A stretch of DNA of 64,000 bases from Macrostomum hystrix (taxonomy: Eukaryota; Animalia; Platyhelminthes). Location of the stretch: assembly GCA_950097015.1 (NCBI GenBank), contig CATNEN010000031.1, forward strand, positions 1,240,001 to 1,304,000, written 5' to 3'. Of the stretch, positions 21,601 through 36,600 are shown one piece after another. Under the pieces are notes generated by a model. That model saw only the letters and a list, made by a program, of their open reading frames with translations, did not search any database and was not told the DNA's origin. Position numbers and translations under genes: made by a program. How positions within the stretch are numbered: position 1 is the first letter of the stretch; every line of letters begins with the position of its first letter.

Positions 21601-24600
21601 AAAGCCAGCCTCACTTCTGAACGACTTGATCAAATCGCAAGGTGCTTGATGCACAAGTATTGAGCAATATAATAAAAAAATATACTCGTATATCGAGGAT
21701 TTGTTATAGCCTAAGATACTCGTAGAACTGAAATACTTAAATACGACTGAAACATTGGTACCTAGAGCAGCGATAGTCAGCTCTGCTAAGCTCTCTTGTG
21801 GTTCCTCTATCTTCTGTAGGTGAGATTTCGGCTGCCTCAGCTACTGCTGCAGCTTCCTCGACTGCATCAAGCTTGGTGTCGGTTATTCCAGAAGCGCCAC
21901 TGCCGTCACCGCCGCCGCTTCGGACGAAAAGCTCAGGATCTAAGAGGTAGAGATCCTCGGAGCTAATGTCCGTGATGTAGTGCAGCGCCTCCTGCGACTT
22001 ATCGATTCGAAAGAAACGTTCAGCTGTTGTGGCTGCGGAGTGAGGTTGGTGGCGAGTGAGGTGGGTGTGGAGTGAGGTGGGTGTGGAGTGAGGTGGGTGT
22101 GGAGTGAGGCGGGTGTGGAGTGAGGTGGGTGTGGAGTGAGGTGGGTGTGGAGTGAGGCGGGTGTGGAGTGAGGTGGGTGTGGAGTGAGGTTGGCGGGGAG
22201 TGAGGTAGGCGGTGTGGGGTGAGATGGGTGAAAAATAAGGCGGCTGAAGGGTGGGGTGGGAGTTGAGTCGTAAATGAAGTGTTCAAACTCTGGATGTTAG
22301 GTGAACAGTGCTGTGATATATTTTTCAAAAACATATTTTGGGCAAAATACTTTTATTAACGCACAAGCAGGTCAACACTCCAGCTCACTCACAATCCAGG
22401 TAGACCCATCCAGGTGATAAGCGGTAGCTGCCGCATTTCGTTATTATTCTGGTGTCCTGCAAGCGGTAAAATAGCTATTGCAATTCAAATACCCTGTTAT
22501 GCATTAAGTAGTCGATCATCAGACTACTCACCGCCGCCAGTCGGTCGATATGAGAGCGAACAGTATCCAGATTCGAGTCAACTTCCACCAGGATTAGGCC
22601 CAGTGGATAAGCTGCAATAATGATATATAATTATATTTTAGCCCTCCAGAGGTCATTAGTTCGAATCTGTTTTCACTCACTAGTCTATTTTCTAGCCTCG
22701 GGTCAGGATCCCCGAACTCATATTATAGAGATTTTATTTTGTAACCTGAGCCTGGCAATTTGGCTGGGATTCTATTCTTGAGAACACATTCTAAATATAG
22801 CACGTTTTCCTCAGCTAACCTACAAAACAGGCCCGCTAACCTGAGGCCGAAGTGCTAGCTGTCCGCTACGGTCACCAAAAACTCTTCAGTAGGGAAGAAA
22901 TTCTCCCATTCGTGAAGATAGAGAGAAAGCGAAATTCTAGGAAAGTGTCCTTAGGTCCGCAAACCCGCACTGACAAAGCCCCACCCACCCTGCCTTAATG
23001 GAATTCTTGCTGGGAGAGACTCAGGCATGAACGGCTGGGTGAGCTCTGGGCAAAATGGGGAGGAAAATTCGAGACTGGGGAGACCCACCCTGAGACTGCT
23101 GCTGCTGATGCTAATACCGCTGAGATGCCCTCTAGGAAATTGATCTCCACAAAGATTTCTCGAGTGATTCACCTCACTCTGTCTGCCCGCCCGACTCAAT
23201 CTTGCTCCAGTCTCTCCTCTGCTGTGATTCCTACACACCGTCGAAGCACTTGATTAATTGCTTAATTGATTTCTTCTAGTTTGAAAAAGCAGCTGAACTT
23301 GCTATCTTACTGGCAATCGTAGCTAAGGGATTATAACTTTACCACTGAAAGAGATTCCCTTCGTTTGACTGACAGCTTAAATAAGTTTCTCCCGATAGCC
23401 TAGTTATCCCTTCGTTTGATTGCTATACCCTTGTAATCCCATTCAGCTCGAACTCACACGCTAGCCTCAGCCGGTCCTTGTCGTACTGCATGCTCTCGTA
23501 GTCTGAGATGGCCACAATTGACACCTGCATCCGCAGGCGCTCCATGATTAAGGGCTGGCCTGGGCTGGCCGCGTTGAAGCCGTAGTCGCTGTCGCTGAAA
23601 CCACAGATTAAAAGTCAGGTGGTGTTTGAATTAGCAACCTGTTAGACACAGAATCCGACCTTTTATATACAGTATCCGACCTGTTAGACACAGTATCCAA
23701 CCTGTTAGACACAGTATCCAACCTGTTAGACACAGTATCCAACCTGTTAGATACAGTATCCAACCTGTTAGATACAGTATCCGACCTGTTAGACACAGTA
23801 TCCGACCTGTTAGATACAGTATCCGACCTGTTAGACACAGTATCCAATCTGTTAGACACAGTATCCAACCTGTTAGACACAGTATCCGACCTGTTAGATA
23901 CAGTATCCGACCTGTTAGACACAGTATCCAATCTGTTAGACACAGTATCCAACCTGTTAGACATAGTATCCAATCTGTTAGACACAGTATCCAATCTGTT
24001 AGACACAGTATCCAATCTGTTAGACACAGTATCCAACCTGTTAGATACGAAATCTAACCTGTTAGACACAGTATCCAATCTGTTAGACACAGTATCCAAC
24101 CTGTTAGATACGAAATCTAACCTGTTAGACACAGTATCCAATCTGTTAGACACAGTATCCAACCTGTTAGATACGAAATCTAACCTGTTAGACACAGTAT
24201 CCAATCTGTTAGACACAGTATCCAATCTGTTAGACACAGTATCCAATCTGTTAGACACAGTATCCAATCTGTTAGACACAGTATCCAATCTGTTAGACAC
24301 AGTATCCAATCTGTTAGACACAGTATCCGACCTGTTAGACACAGTATCCAATCTGTTAGACACAGTATCCAATCTGTTAGACACAGTATCCAACCTGTTA
24401 GATACGAAATCTAACCTGTTAGATACAGTATCCAATCTGTTAGACACAGTATCCAATCTGTTAGACACAGTATCCAATCTGTTAGACACAGTATCCAATC
24501 TGTTAGACACAGTATCCAATCTGTTAGACACAGTATCCAATCTGTTAGACACAGTATCCAACCTGTTAGATACGAAATCTAACCTGTTAGACACAGTATC

Positions 24601-27600
24601 CAATCTGTTAGACACAGTATCCAATCTGTTAGACACAGTATCCAATCTGTTAGACACAGTATCCAATCTGTTAGACACAGTATCCGACCTGTTAGACACA
24701 GTATCCAATCTGTTAGACACAGTATCCAATCTGTTAGACACAGTATCCAACCTGTTAGATACGAAATCTAACCTGTTAGATACAGTATCCAATCTGTTAG
24801 ACACAGTATCCAACCTGTTAGATACGAAATCTAACCTGTTAGACACAGTATCCAATCTGTTAGACACAGTATCCAATCTGTTAGACACAGTATCCAATCT
24901 GTTAGACACAGTATCCAATCTGTTAGACACAGTATCCGACCTGTTAGACACAGTATCCAATCTGTTAGACACAGTATCCAATCTGTTAGACACAGTATCC
25001 AACCTGTTAGATACGAAATCTAACCTGTTAGACATCCTATCCGGCCTTTCTATCCGAAACAATTATTTTGATTTAGCTGAGCAACTAGTGCGGAAAGTAG
25101 ATTAGGAAAATAAAGGTGAATAGCAGTGATTTCAATTTTTCTTAGCACCTGTAGCAATAAGCTTAGCGAAAGCAAGGAAAGCAAGGAAAGCAAGGTTTTT
25201 AATCAACTTTTTCAGGCACGTTAACCTAGACAGAAAACAATAGAATGGATTCAATAGACGAGACCCAGTCTCCAGGTCAACGGAAATAATGCAAGTACTA
25301 ATTATTTCACACAAAAATATATTCACGATTCCGGTTAGCAACTCATGAGGCCATGCGGGCCGGTGGAGCGACTTACATCGACATGCTGAAATATTCAGGA
25401 AAGTAGAAAAGGGCAATTAAAAAAGCAACGAAAAAGCCAAATTCTCCGGTTTAAAATCAAGGTAGGTGATCTCTGTGCTCACTCGGCAATCAGCGGGATG
25501 CTATTCCTGCGCTTCGGTTTCTGAATCATGCTGGCCTGATTGTGCAGCCGGATGTCAATCACGGACGGCTGCAGCCGCCACGGCTCACCGTCAATCTGCG
25601 GCGGCAGACGGGGTGTCACTGTGCCTGAATCAATCATCCTCAGGGGCTGAATCAATCATCCTCAGGGCCTGAATCAATCATCCTCAGGGCCTGAATCAAT
25701 CATCCTCGGGGCCCGAATCAATCATCCTCAGGGCCTGAATCAATCATCCTCAGGGCCTGAATCAATCATCCTCAGGGCCTGAATCAATCATCCTCGGGGC
25801 CCGAATCAATCATCCTCTGGGCCTGAATCAATCATCCTCAGGGCCTGAATAAATCATCCTCAGGGCCTGAATCAATCATCCTCAGGGCCTGAATCAATCA
25901 TCCTCAGGGCCTGAATCAATCATCCTCAGGGCCTGAATCAATCATCCTCAGGGCCTAAATCAATCATCCTCAGGGCCTGAATCACTCATCCTCTCAGGGC
26001 CTAAATCAATCATCCTCAGGGCCTGAATCAATCATCCTCAGGGCCTAAATCAATTATCCTCAGGGCCTGAATCACTCATCCTCTCAGGGCCTGAATCAAT
26101 CATCCTCAGGGCCTGAATAAATCATCCTCAGGTCATGAATCAATCATTCTCAGGTGATTAATCAATCATTCTCAGGTCATGAATCAATCATTCTCAGGTC
26201 ATGAATCAATCATTCTTAGTGCCTGAAAAAATCATCCTCAGGGCCTGAATAAATCATCCTCATTGACAGAACCAATCATCCTCACCTCATTGCCTGAATC
26301 AATCGATCTCAGGTAGTTAATCAATCATCCCCAGGCCATGAATTAGACATCCTCAGGGCCTGAAAACCGCGAATAACTGAATCAACCCCAATAGCTGAGT
26401 AAGCCGCGGCAGCTTATTAATAGCAACTGCACTCTTATAATCCCGCTGAACCTAAACAACATCTGAGAACCTGAATAATACTCAGCATCAGTTATACATC
26501 ATACAAAGATGATCCCTGAATAAAAAATCTACCACAAGCCGACTAGCAAAAATAATCCCCATCAGGCGCACCTGGATGGGGATGACTCTGCTGGTTCGAA
26601 TGACGGCATGCTTGCACTGGCAGATCCGGTGTCCATGCCAGCCCATCTGGACTGTGGCCTGCGGGTGAGGGCGACATTCCGCTGCTCTATAATATTTGGG
26701 CATATAATCGCTCAGGTCAATATTGACGCGAAATGGGAGACAAATTGATCTCTTGAAATCAAATACGAATGCTGGCAAAGTGACCAGAAAGCAGCAAATA
26801 ATGATCAAATCGCTTGGACCCCCTCCGGGACTCGGAACTCGACGGCAAAAAAGTGCATTTGGATTCTCTCTAGAATGCTACTCGTCCAGTGGGATTTTTT
26901 TCCTCGCTGACTCGACTCCCGTGACTCAACGGCTGATTGCCTTTTATCCCCAATCCCCATGCAGAATATTATCCTCATATCTCATCAGGACAGTCCTTCC
27001 AGTTCGTTTAATCAGAAATTTAATTCTATAAAAAGTCTTAGAGTTGCTGACTAGGTGGCTGGAACTGAACCCGATCACTTCGACGTAGCCGTCATCGGGT
27101 CGCTGGGGCTCGAACCCCTGACTACCGGTCGGATTGCCCCAGGGTGTGGCGCCGGCGCTGTACTTCGGAATGTTGAGAAACAGAATGGAGGTCACGCGTA
27201 GCTCGCGAATTCGGTCAGTCAGGTCCACTCCGTCGCACTGTTGAAATCGTTAGAGTTAATGTTTGGTGAAAGACGGCTTCAAGGAGTGCTCTAGTGTTAG
27301 ACATGAGTACTCTAGTGTTAGACATGAGTGCTCTAGTGTTAGACATGAGTGCTCTAGTGTTAGACATGAGTGTTCTAGTGTTAGACATGAGTACTCTAGT
27401 GTTAGAAATGAGTACTCTAGTGTTAGACAGGAGTGCTCTAGTGTTAGACAGGAGTACTCTAGTGTTAGACATGAGTACTCTAGTGTTAGACGGGAGTGTT
27501 CAAGTGTTAGACAGGAGTGTTCTAGTGTTAGACAGGAGTACTCTAGTGTTAGACAGGAGTACTCTAGTGTTAGACAGGAGTACTCTAGTGTTAGACAGGA

Positions 27601-30600
27601 GTACTCTAGTGTTAGACAGGAGTACTCTAGTGTTAGACATGAGTACTCTAGTGTTAGACAGGAGTACTCTAGTGTTAGACAGGAGTGCTCTAGTTTTAGA
27701 CGGGAGTGTTCAAGTGTTAGACAGGAGTGTTCTAGTGTTAGACAGGAGTACTCTAGTGTTAGACAGGAGTACTCTAGTGTTAGACAGGAGTACTCTAGTG
27801 TTAGACAGGAGTACTCTAGTGTTAGACAGGAGTACTCTAGTGTTAGACATGAGTGCTCTAGTGTTAGACAGGAGTACTCTAGTGTTAGACAGGAGTACTC
27901 TAGTGTTAGACATGAGTACTCTAGTGTTAGACAGGAGTGCTCTAGTGTTAGACAGGAGTGTTCTAGTTTTAGACGGGAGTGTTCAAGTGTTAGACAGGAG
28001 TGTTCAAGTGTTAGACAGGAGTGTTCTAGTGTTAGACATGAGTGTTCTAGTGTTAGACAGGAGTACTCTAGTGTTAGACATGAGTGCTCTAGTGTTAGAC
28101 AGGAGTACTCTAGTGTTAGACATGAGTGCTCTAGTGTTAGACAGGAGTACTCTAGTGTTAGACATGAGTGTTCTAGTGTTAGACAGGAGTACTCTAGTGT
28201 TAGACATGAGTACTCTAGTGTTAGACATGAGTGCTCTAGTGTTAGACATGAGTGTTCTAGTGTTAGACAGGAGTGTTCTAGTGTTAGACATGAGTGCTCT
28301 TGTGTTAGACATGAGTGTTCTAGTGTTAGACATGAGTGCTCTAGTGTTAGACATGAGTGTTCAAGTGTTAGACATGAGTGTTCAAGTGTTAGACATGAGT
28401 GTTCAAGTGTTAGACATGAGTGTTCTAGTGTTAGACATGAGTGTTCTAGTGTTAGACAGGAGTGTTCTAGTGTTAGACATGAGTGCTCTAGTGTTAGACA
28501 TAAGTGTTCTAGTGTTAGACAGGAGTGTTCTAGTGTTAGACATGAGTGCTCTAGTGTTAGACAGGAGTGCTCTAGTGTTAGACATGAGTACTCTAGTGTT
28601 ATACATGAGTACTCTAGTGTTAGACAGGAGTGCTCTAGTGTTAGACAGGAGTGCTCTAGTGTTAGACATGAGTACTCTAGTGTTAGACATGAGTACTCTA
28701 GTGTTAGACAGGAGTGCTCTAGTGTTAGACATGAGTACTCTAGTGTTAGACAGGAGTGCTCTAGTGTTAGACATGAGTACTCTAGTGTTAGACAGGAGTA
28801 CTCTAGTGTTAGACATGAGTACTCTAGTGTTAGACAGGAGTGCTCTAGTGTTAGACATGAGTGCTCTAGTGTTAGACAGGAGTACTCTAGTGTTAGACAT
28901 GAGTGCTCTAGTGTTAGACATGAGTGCTCTAGTGTTAGACAGGAGTGCTCTAGTGTTAGACAGGAGTGCTCTAGTGTTAGACAGGAGTACTCTAGTGTTA
29001 GACATGAGTACTCTAGTGTTAGACATGAGTGCTCTAGTGTTAGACATGAGTGCTCTAGTGTTAGACATGAGTGTTCTAGTGTTAGACATGAGTACTCTAG
29101 TGTTAGACATGAGTACTCTAGTGTTAGACAGGAGTGCTCTAGTGTTAGACAGGAGTGTTCTAGTTTTAGACGGGAGTGTTCAAGTGTTAGACAGGAGTGT
29201 TCAAGTGTTAGACAGGAGTGTTCTAGTGTTAGACATGAGTACTCTAGTGTTAGACAGGAGTTCTCTAGTGTTAGACAAGAGTGTTCAAGTGTTAGACAAG
29301 AGTGTTCAAGTGTTAGATAGGAGTGTTCTAGTGTGTGCTCACCTCGAGCAGCACAACTTGGCTGAGTTCTCTCCATGGCCGTCTGATAATTGATCTCGAA
29401 CCCTCCTGTAACGATTGGAAACGATCAGGCATGTCTATTGGTGATTTTTACAAAATCACTTTTTCCCACTGCATCTGGCTGACTACTGTACTAAAAGTAC
29501 TTTTTAGTCTCTGCATCTGCAAACCTGTCAATCTTTTGAATTATGAGCTAAAAATGAGCAATAGCAACACTTTGATTGGGATGTGATAATGAATATTTTA
29601 ACAGTCTGGCCCCAGCTTAGTTGCTAGTTACACTTCATTTTATCCATTAGTCATTGATGAGCCAGCTTGCCAGGTAATTGGCTAATTGGTTAATTAGAAG
29701 CCATTGCACGATCCCCCAGAGGATGTGACGACTAAATATCAGCTCAAAAAACTAGAACAGGGCCTGTCTATAAGAAATCTTTTTTGTTGTTTACAAACTA
29801 TTTAAGAAAACGAAATTTGGTCTCACCCCGGCGTAGAACATGATGTTTCTCAGGCGACTGTTAAATCTCTCAGGGTTGGCTTCTGAAATAGGGAGGGGGT
29901 TGTTCAGCGCGATTTCAAGAATGATTGACAGGTGGGTAGATATGCTGACAGTTTGGAATCTGTAGGTACTGAAGTAGATAACGCGGTTGAGTTAATGGAC
30001 AGCCCGATTAATAGTTAATAGTTGGTGAATTCTAAGGCAGAAAAATGATTGGCATTACACGTAGATAGGTAGATTGGAAAGTAGGTAGACAGGATGGTAG
30101 GTAGGTAGGACAGTGGGTGGATGGGGTGGCTGGTAGGTAGGTAGGACAGTGGGTGGATGGGGTGGCTGGTAGGTAGGTAGGACAGTGGGTGGATGGGGTG
30201 GCAGGTAGGTAGGTAGGACAGTGGGTGGATGGGGTGGCTGGTAGGTAGGTAGGACAGTGGGTGGATGGGGTGGCAGGTAGGTAGGTAGCCAACCTCTCGA
30301 CTCGTGGAACTCCAGGGCGACAGCAGCGTCGGCGCCAAGGCTGAAGTAGTTGTTGAACACGCTGACGTGCGGCTTGTCTGTAGTCGACCTGCCACCACCG
30401 ACGCCGCTGTTCGATGCCTCGCCGCTGGCGTCTGGAATCGGAGCTTCCGCCGGACAGTCGGGATTCGGCCCGATGTCCACTCGCCACCTGAGTTATTATT
30501 TTTGGTTGCTCTATTAAAAATTATTGCTTGAAACTTCTTGAATAAAAAGAATTGATACGTTTTTGTGAACTTTGTGAAACATTTTCCACCCTGACCCTGA

Positions 30601-33600
30601 AGGTCTGTCCTCCCAAACCCTGAAGGCCTGTCCACCCAAACCCTGAAGGCCTGTCCACCCAAACCCTGAAGGCCTGTCCACCCTAACCCTGAAGGCCTGT
30701 CCACCCAAACCCTGAAGGCCTGTCCACCCTAACCCTGAAGGCCTGTCCACCCTAACCCTGAAGGCCTGTCCACCCTAACCCTGAAGGCCTGTCCACCCTA
30801 ACCCTGAAGGCCTGTCCACCCAAACCCTGAAGGCCTGTCCACCCAAACCCTGAAGGCCTGTCCACCCTAACTCTGAAGGCCTGTCCACCTCAACACTGAA
30901 GGCCTGTCCACCCTAACCCTGAAGGCCTGTCCACCCTAACCCTGAAGGCCTGTCCACCCAAACCCTGAAGGCCTGTCCACCCAAACCCTGAAGGCCTGTC
31001 CACCCTAACTCTGAAGGCCTGTCCACCTCAACACTGAAGGCCTGTCCACCCAAACCCTGAAGGCCTGTCCACCCTAACTCTGAAGGCCTGTCCACCTCAA
31101 CACTGAAGGCCGGTCCACCTCAACACTGAAGGCCTGTCCACCTCAACACTGAAGGCCTGTCCACCCAAACCCTGAAGGCCTGTCCACCCTAACTCTGAAG
31201 GCCTGTCCACCTCAACACTGAAGGCCGGTCCACCCAAACCCTGAAGGCCTGTCCACCCTAACTCTGAAGGCCTGTCCACCCTAACCCTGAAGGCCTGTCC
31301 ACCTCAACACTGAAGGCCTGTCCACCCAAACCCTGAAGGCCTGTCCACCCTAACCCTGAAGGCCTGTCCACCCTAACTCTGAAGGCCTGTCCACCTCAAC
31401 ACTGAAGGCCGGTCCACCCAAACCCTGAAGGCCTGTCCACCCTAACCCTGAAGGCCTGTCCACCCTAACACTGAAGGCCTGTCCACCCTAACTCTGAAGG
31501 CCTGTCCACCTCAACACTGAAGGCCTGTCCACCCTAACTCTGAAGGCCGGTCCACCCTAACCCTGAAGGCCTGTCCACCCTAACCCTGAAGGCCTGTCCA
31601 CCCTAACCCTGAAGGCCTGTCCACCCTAACTCTGAAGGCCTGTCCACCTCAACACTGAAGGCCTGTCCACCCTAACTCTGAAGGCCGGTCCACCCTAACC
31701 CTGAAGGCCTGTCCACCCTAACCCTGAAGGCCTGTCCACCCTAACCCTGAAGGCCTGTCCACCCTAACCCTGAAGGCCTGTCTACCCTAACTCTGAAGGC
31801 CTGTCCACCTCAACACTGAAGGCCGGTCTACCATAACCCTGAAGGCCTGTCCACCCTAACTCTGAAGGCCTGTCCACCTCAACACTGAAGGCCGGTCTAC
31901 CATAACCCTGAAGGCCTGTCCACCCTAACTCTGAAGGCCTGTCCACCTCAACACTGAAGGCCGGTCTACCATAACCCTGAAGGCCTTTTAGGTCTCTCAC
32001 GAGCAGGCGGAGATGTCTCGCATATTCCAAAGATTGCAGTGCAAAGAAATACCCTAAGCTCCTTCTTGACGTGCATATAAAAGCGTCACATTTCCCGTCT
32101 CAATAAATCCCCTCATGGAGGCCGCCTCCAATTAATCACCGAATAGATCGATTCTTTAGAACCGGAAATAACCGGTTCTACCTTTCCACCCGCAAGCTGA
32201 AGACCAATATATCAATATATCATAAATAATCTTTCGTCATAAATCACAATGCTGAGACTAATTTCGGCTTTGAGCTAACTCATCAAAGAACTTTTCGTGT
32301 GCAATATTTTGTGAATAATTGTCTTGCCGATTTATTTGGAGTGACAGACAGTCGAGATTCAGAGTGACCGTCAGTAGGAGAGTGGCCGTCATACATGCGG
32401 GAAAGTGACAGTCGTGAAGGCAGGAGAGTGACAGTCATTCTGTAAGGAGAGTGACAGCGTGAAGGCAGGAGAGTGACAGTCATGCAAGCAGGAGAGTGAC
32501 AGTCGTACGGGCAGGAGAGTGACAGTCGTGCGGGCAGGAGAGTGACAGTAATGCAGGCAGGAGAGTGACAGACATGCAGGTAGGAGAGTGACAGTCATGC
32601 AGGCAGGAGAGTGACAGACATGCAGGTAGGAGAGTGACAGTAATGCAGGCAGGAGAGTGACATACATGCAGGTAGGAGAGTGACAGTCATTCAGGCAGGA
32701 GAGTGACAGTCATGCAGGCAGGAGAGTGACAGTCATGCAGGCAGGAGAGTGACAGTCATGCAGGCAGGAGAGTGACAATCAAGCAGGCAGGAGAGTGACA
32801 GTCATGCGGGTAGTGTTAGCAGTCTCACCGGTCCAGCAGAACAACTCGGCCCTCCTCCACGCAGCAGAGAATCTTTGACAGGGGCTCGTCCGTGTAGCCT
32901 GGGCCCCAGTTGAGTGTCCTGGCCAGGTCATTGCCAGTGCCTAGCGGCAGGATGGCCACTGGCGGGCTGGGGCAGATGCCCAGCCTATCTATGGTAGAAA
33001 GCACCCAGCCGGCCGTGCCGTCGCCGCCGCAGACGAGGATGCGCAGTCCGGTGACGCGGCGGAACAGATCCAGCGCGAAAGCCGGCTCGTGCTGCGTAAG
33101 GTCGAACACCTGGCGCGGATTCAACAGCCAGAGAAATTTGTGCATCAGCTTGGCGCCCTGGTTGCCACCCGAGCGCGGATTGATGAACACCAGTACCGGG
33201 CGCACGTGGGTCGGCGACGCCGCCGGCTTAATAACGAACGGCGACTGAGCCGACGGCGACGATGGCTGGGCCGATGGCTGGCCTGAGGATTGGCGAGGGA
33301 ATCTGTTTATAGCACTCTAATCCATCAACCTTTCGTTTTACAAAACTATATTTTTACAACCCTTCATTTCTACAACCCTTCATTTCTACAACCCTTCATT
33401 TCTACAACCCTTCATTTCTAAAACCCTTCATTTCTACAACCCTTCATTTCTAAAACCCTTCATTTCTACAACCCTTCATTTCTAAAACCCTTCATTATTG
33501 CAACCCTTCATTATTATAACCCTTCATTTCTACAACCCTTCATTTCTACAACCCTTCATTTCTACAACCCTTCATTTCTACAACCCTTCATTACTTTGAG

Positions 33601-36600
33601 TCATGATGCCTTCAACTCCGAGCAAACTTCCCCTAATCCCTTCATCAGCTCAGTCATTTATCTCTGCATTCCGTCGTCCAAATAACCATTCAACCCCTCA
33701 TTCCTTCAACCCCTCATTCCTTCAACCCCTCATCCATTCAACCCTTTATCCATTCAACCCCTCATCCCTTCAACCCCTCATCCCTTCAACCCCTCATCCC
33801 TTCAACCCCTCATTCATTCAACCCCTCATCCATTCAACCCCTCATCCCTTCAACCCCTCATTCATTCAACCCCTCATCCCTTCAACCCCTCATCCATTCA
33901 ACCCCTCATCCCTTCAACCCCTCATCCATTCAACCCCTCATCCCTTCAACCCCTCATCCCTTCAACCCCTCATCCATTCAACCCCTCATCCCTTCAGCCT
34001 CACTGTTGGCCTGCGCTCCGGCCCCGCCGCCTCCGCCGCCAGACGCCTGCAGATTAGTTTTCGACTTTCGCCGCTTAAACGAATTCTTGTGGCTGCCACG
34101 TCGCCTAGTCGACGACCGATTGCGACTTTTTGGCGGCGTCTTGGTCACCCAGGAGGGCGGCAGAATGATTGACGCGTGCGGCCCGAAATTGCAGGATTCA
34201 TCGATGAGGTGCATCATGAAGCAGTTGATCTTGTTGTGGTAAGCCGCCTTGCACCAAGAGCACGCGATCGCAATCACCTCCTTGTTGTTGAAGGGGAACT
34301 TCTGCTGGAACGACTGGAAAGGTTATAGGCAACAATAGTTTGCTTGTCGGGCAGGCAATGAATGTTTTGGAAGGCCGGGGTCTGAGGTATTAACTAGAGT
34401 CTTGACAATAATCTGTTTATCATGGGATTATCTGTTTATCATGGGATTATCTGTTTATCATGGGATTATCTGTTTATCATGGGATTATCTGTTTATCATG
34501 GGATTATCTGTTTATTATGGGATTATCTGTTTATCATGGCATTATCTGTTTATCATGGCAATATCTGTTTATCATGGGATTATCTGTTTATCATGGGATT
34601 ATCTGTTTATCATGGGATTATCTGTTTACTATTGGATTATCTGTTTATCATTGGATTATCTGTTTATCATGGGATTATCTGTTTATCATGGTATTATCTG
34701 TTTATCATGGGATTATCTGTTTATCATTGGATTATTTGTTTATCATGAGATTATCTGTTTATCATTGGATTATCTGTTTATCATGGGATTATCTGTTTAT
34801 CATGGGATTATCTGTTTATCATTGGATTATCTGTTTATCATGAGATTATCTGTTTATCATGGGATTATCTTTTTATCATGGGATTATCTGTTTACTATTG
34901 GATTATCTGTTTACTATTGGATTATCTGTTTACTATTGGATTATCTGTTTATCATGGGATTATCTGTTTATCATTGGATTTTCTGGTTATCATGGGATTA
35001 TCTGTTTATCATGGGATTATCTGTTTATCATGGGATTATCTGTTTATCATGGGATTATCTTTTATCATGGGATTATCTGTTTATCATGGGATTATCTGTT
35101 TATCATGGGATTATCTGCTTATCATTGGATTATCTGTTTATCATTGGATTATCTGTTTATCATGGGATTATCTGTTTACTATTGGATTATCTGTTTACTA
35201 TTGGATTATCTGTTTATCATGGGATTATCTGTTTATCATTGGATTATCTGTTTATCATTGGATTATCTGTTTATCATTGGATTATCTGTTTATCATTGGA
35301 TTATCTGTTTATCATGGGATTATCTGTTTATCATGGGATTATCTGTTTACTATTGGATTATCTGTTTATCATTGGATTATCTGTTTATCATTGGATTATC
35401 TGTTTATCATGGGATTATCTGTTTATCATGGGATTATCTGTTTACTATTGGATTATCTGTTTATCATTGGATTATCTGTTTATCATGGGATTATCAGTTT
35501 ACTATTGGATTATCTATTCATTATAGTATTGCTTAATATGGGAGTGTTCTGTTTATTAAGATTTTAATCTTTTTATTATCGGACTGTCTGTTTACTATGG
35601 GATTTTATATTTAATATGGCATAGTCTGTTTATTATTAAAGTTTCTTTGAATGATGCCATTATGCATTATTCATTAACAGTAGATAGACTACATGGGTAT
35701 TTCAATTACCCACATTTTTTCCACGGTTTGGGAGCTGTCGTGAAGTAGGCATCGGGTATTTGAAATTCCTTGTGGTTTTTCCCCACGGGGAATGTAGCCT
35801 GGTCTTTTAGCTGTTACTCGTATCCATGGGATCATCTGCTTTTATAGGATTATTAGCAAACCAGGAAATTATCATTTTTCTTGGTCAAATATCTCGTATG
35901 TAAGAGTTCACACGGTGAGTTCACAGGGTTATGAAGAAACTTTTTGTACCTCGTATTTTTAATTAATTATTATCCATGATACGAGGCCTGATATTTCTAC
36001 TTACTCTGAGTCAGGTCTAGAATCTATAGAGCAGCTTTGCTCAGAGTGGCTCTAACCATTGTTAGCGTTCTATAATGAGTTTTTACCTTGCCGCACGCCT
36101 TGCATTTGCCCTCCTGCCGCCTGCGGTGTACCCAGTGATGCTTCGTAAACAGCTACAATGAAAGATTGAACAGAAAAATGATTTGTATCGATTTCAACTT
36201 GGACTGGTCAGTTCGGACTTTTGTTGGGCCATAAATCTTCTATGGCCTGGTCGTGACAGTTGCGACAGATTAGACGAAAAACTAACATCAAAGGAGCCGC
36301 CGCGTCTGCTCACCTCGCCCTGTCGGCCAGTCTCGCGGTATCCTTTGATGCCGCCTTCGCGAAAGGTTGGCTTGCAACGGAAAGCTATCTGCAATGAGGG
36401 TAGCAAATTTGAATTTTAGGCTGCATGTTAATAAATCGATATTTGCGAAATATGTCATCGATCAATATCAAAAGGTGGAGAAGGAAGATAGATAGGTAGA
36501 TAGCTTGTAGAAGAACATAAGCAGAGCAGCTTGACTGATATTTAGAAAAATACTGGTTGGTAAATAGGCAGGTATAGGAGCTATGCCGGTAAATTACTAG

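Noticed and set aside
23608-29393. 484-706 aa ORFs (SNRLDTV, LEHSCLT, SSVRQE, LVLDRS) as repeat proteins
   Set aside because: They lie wholly inside DGK introns and are open in several frames on both strands because the 21-bp unit lacks stops there.
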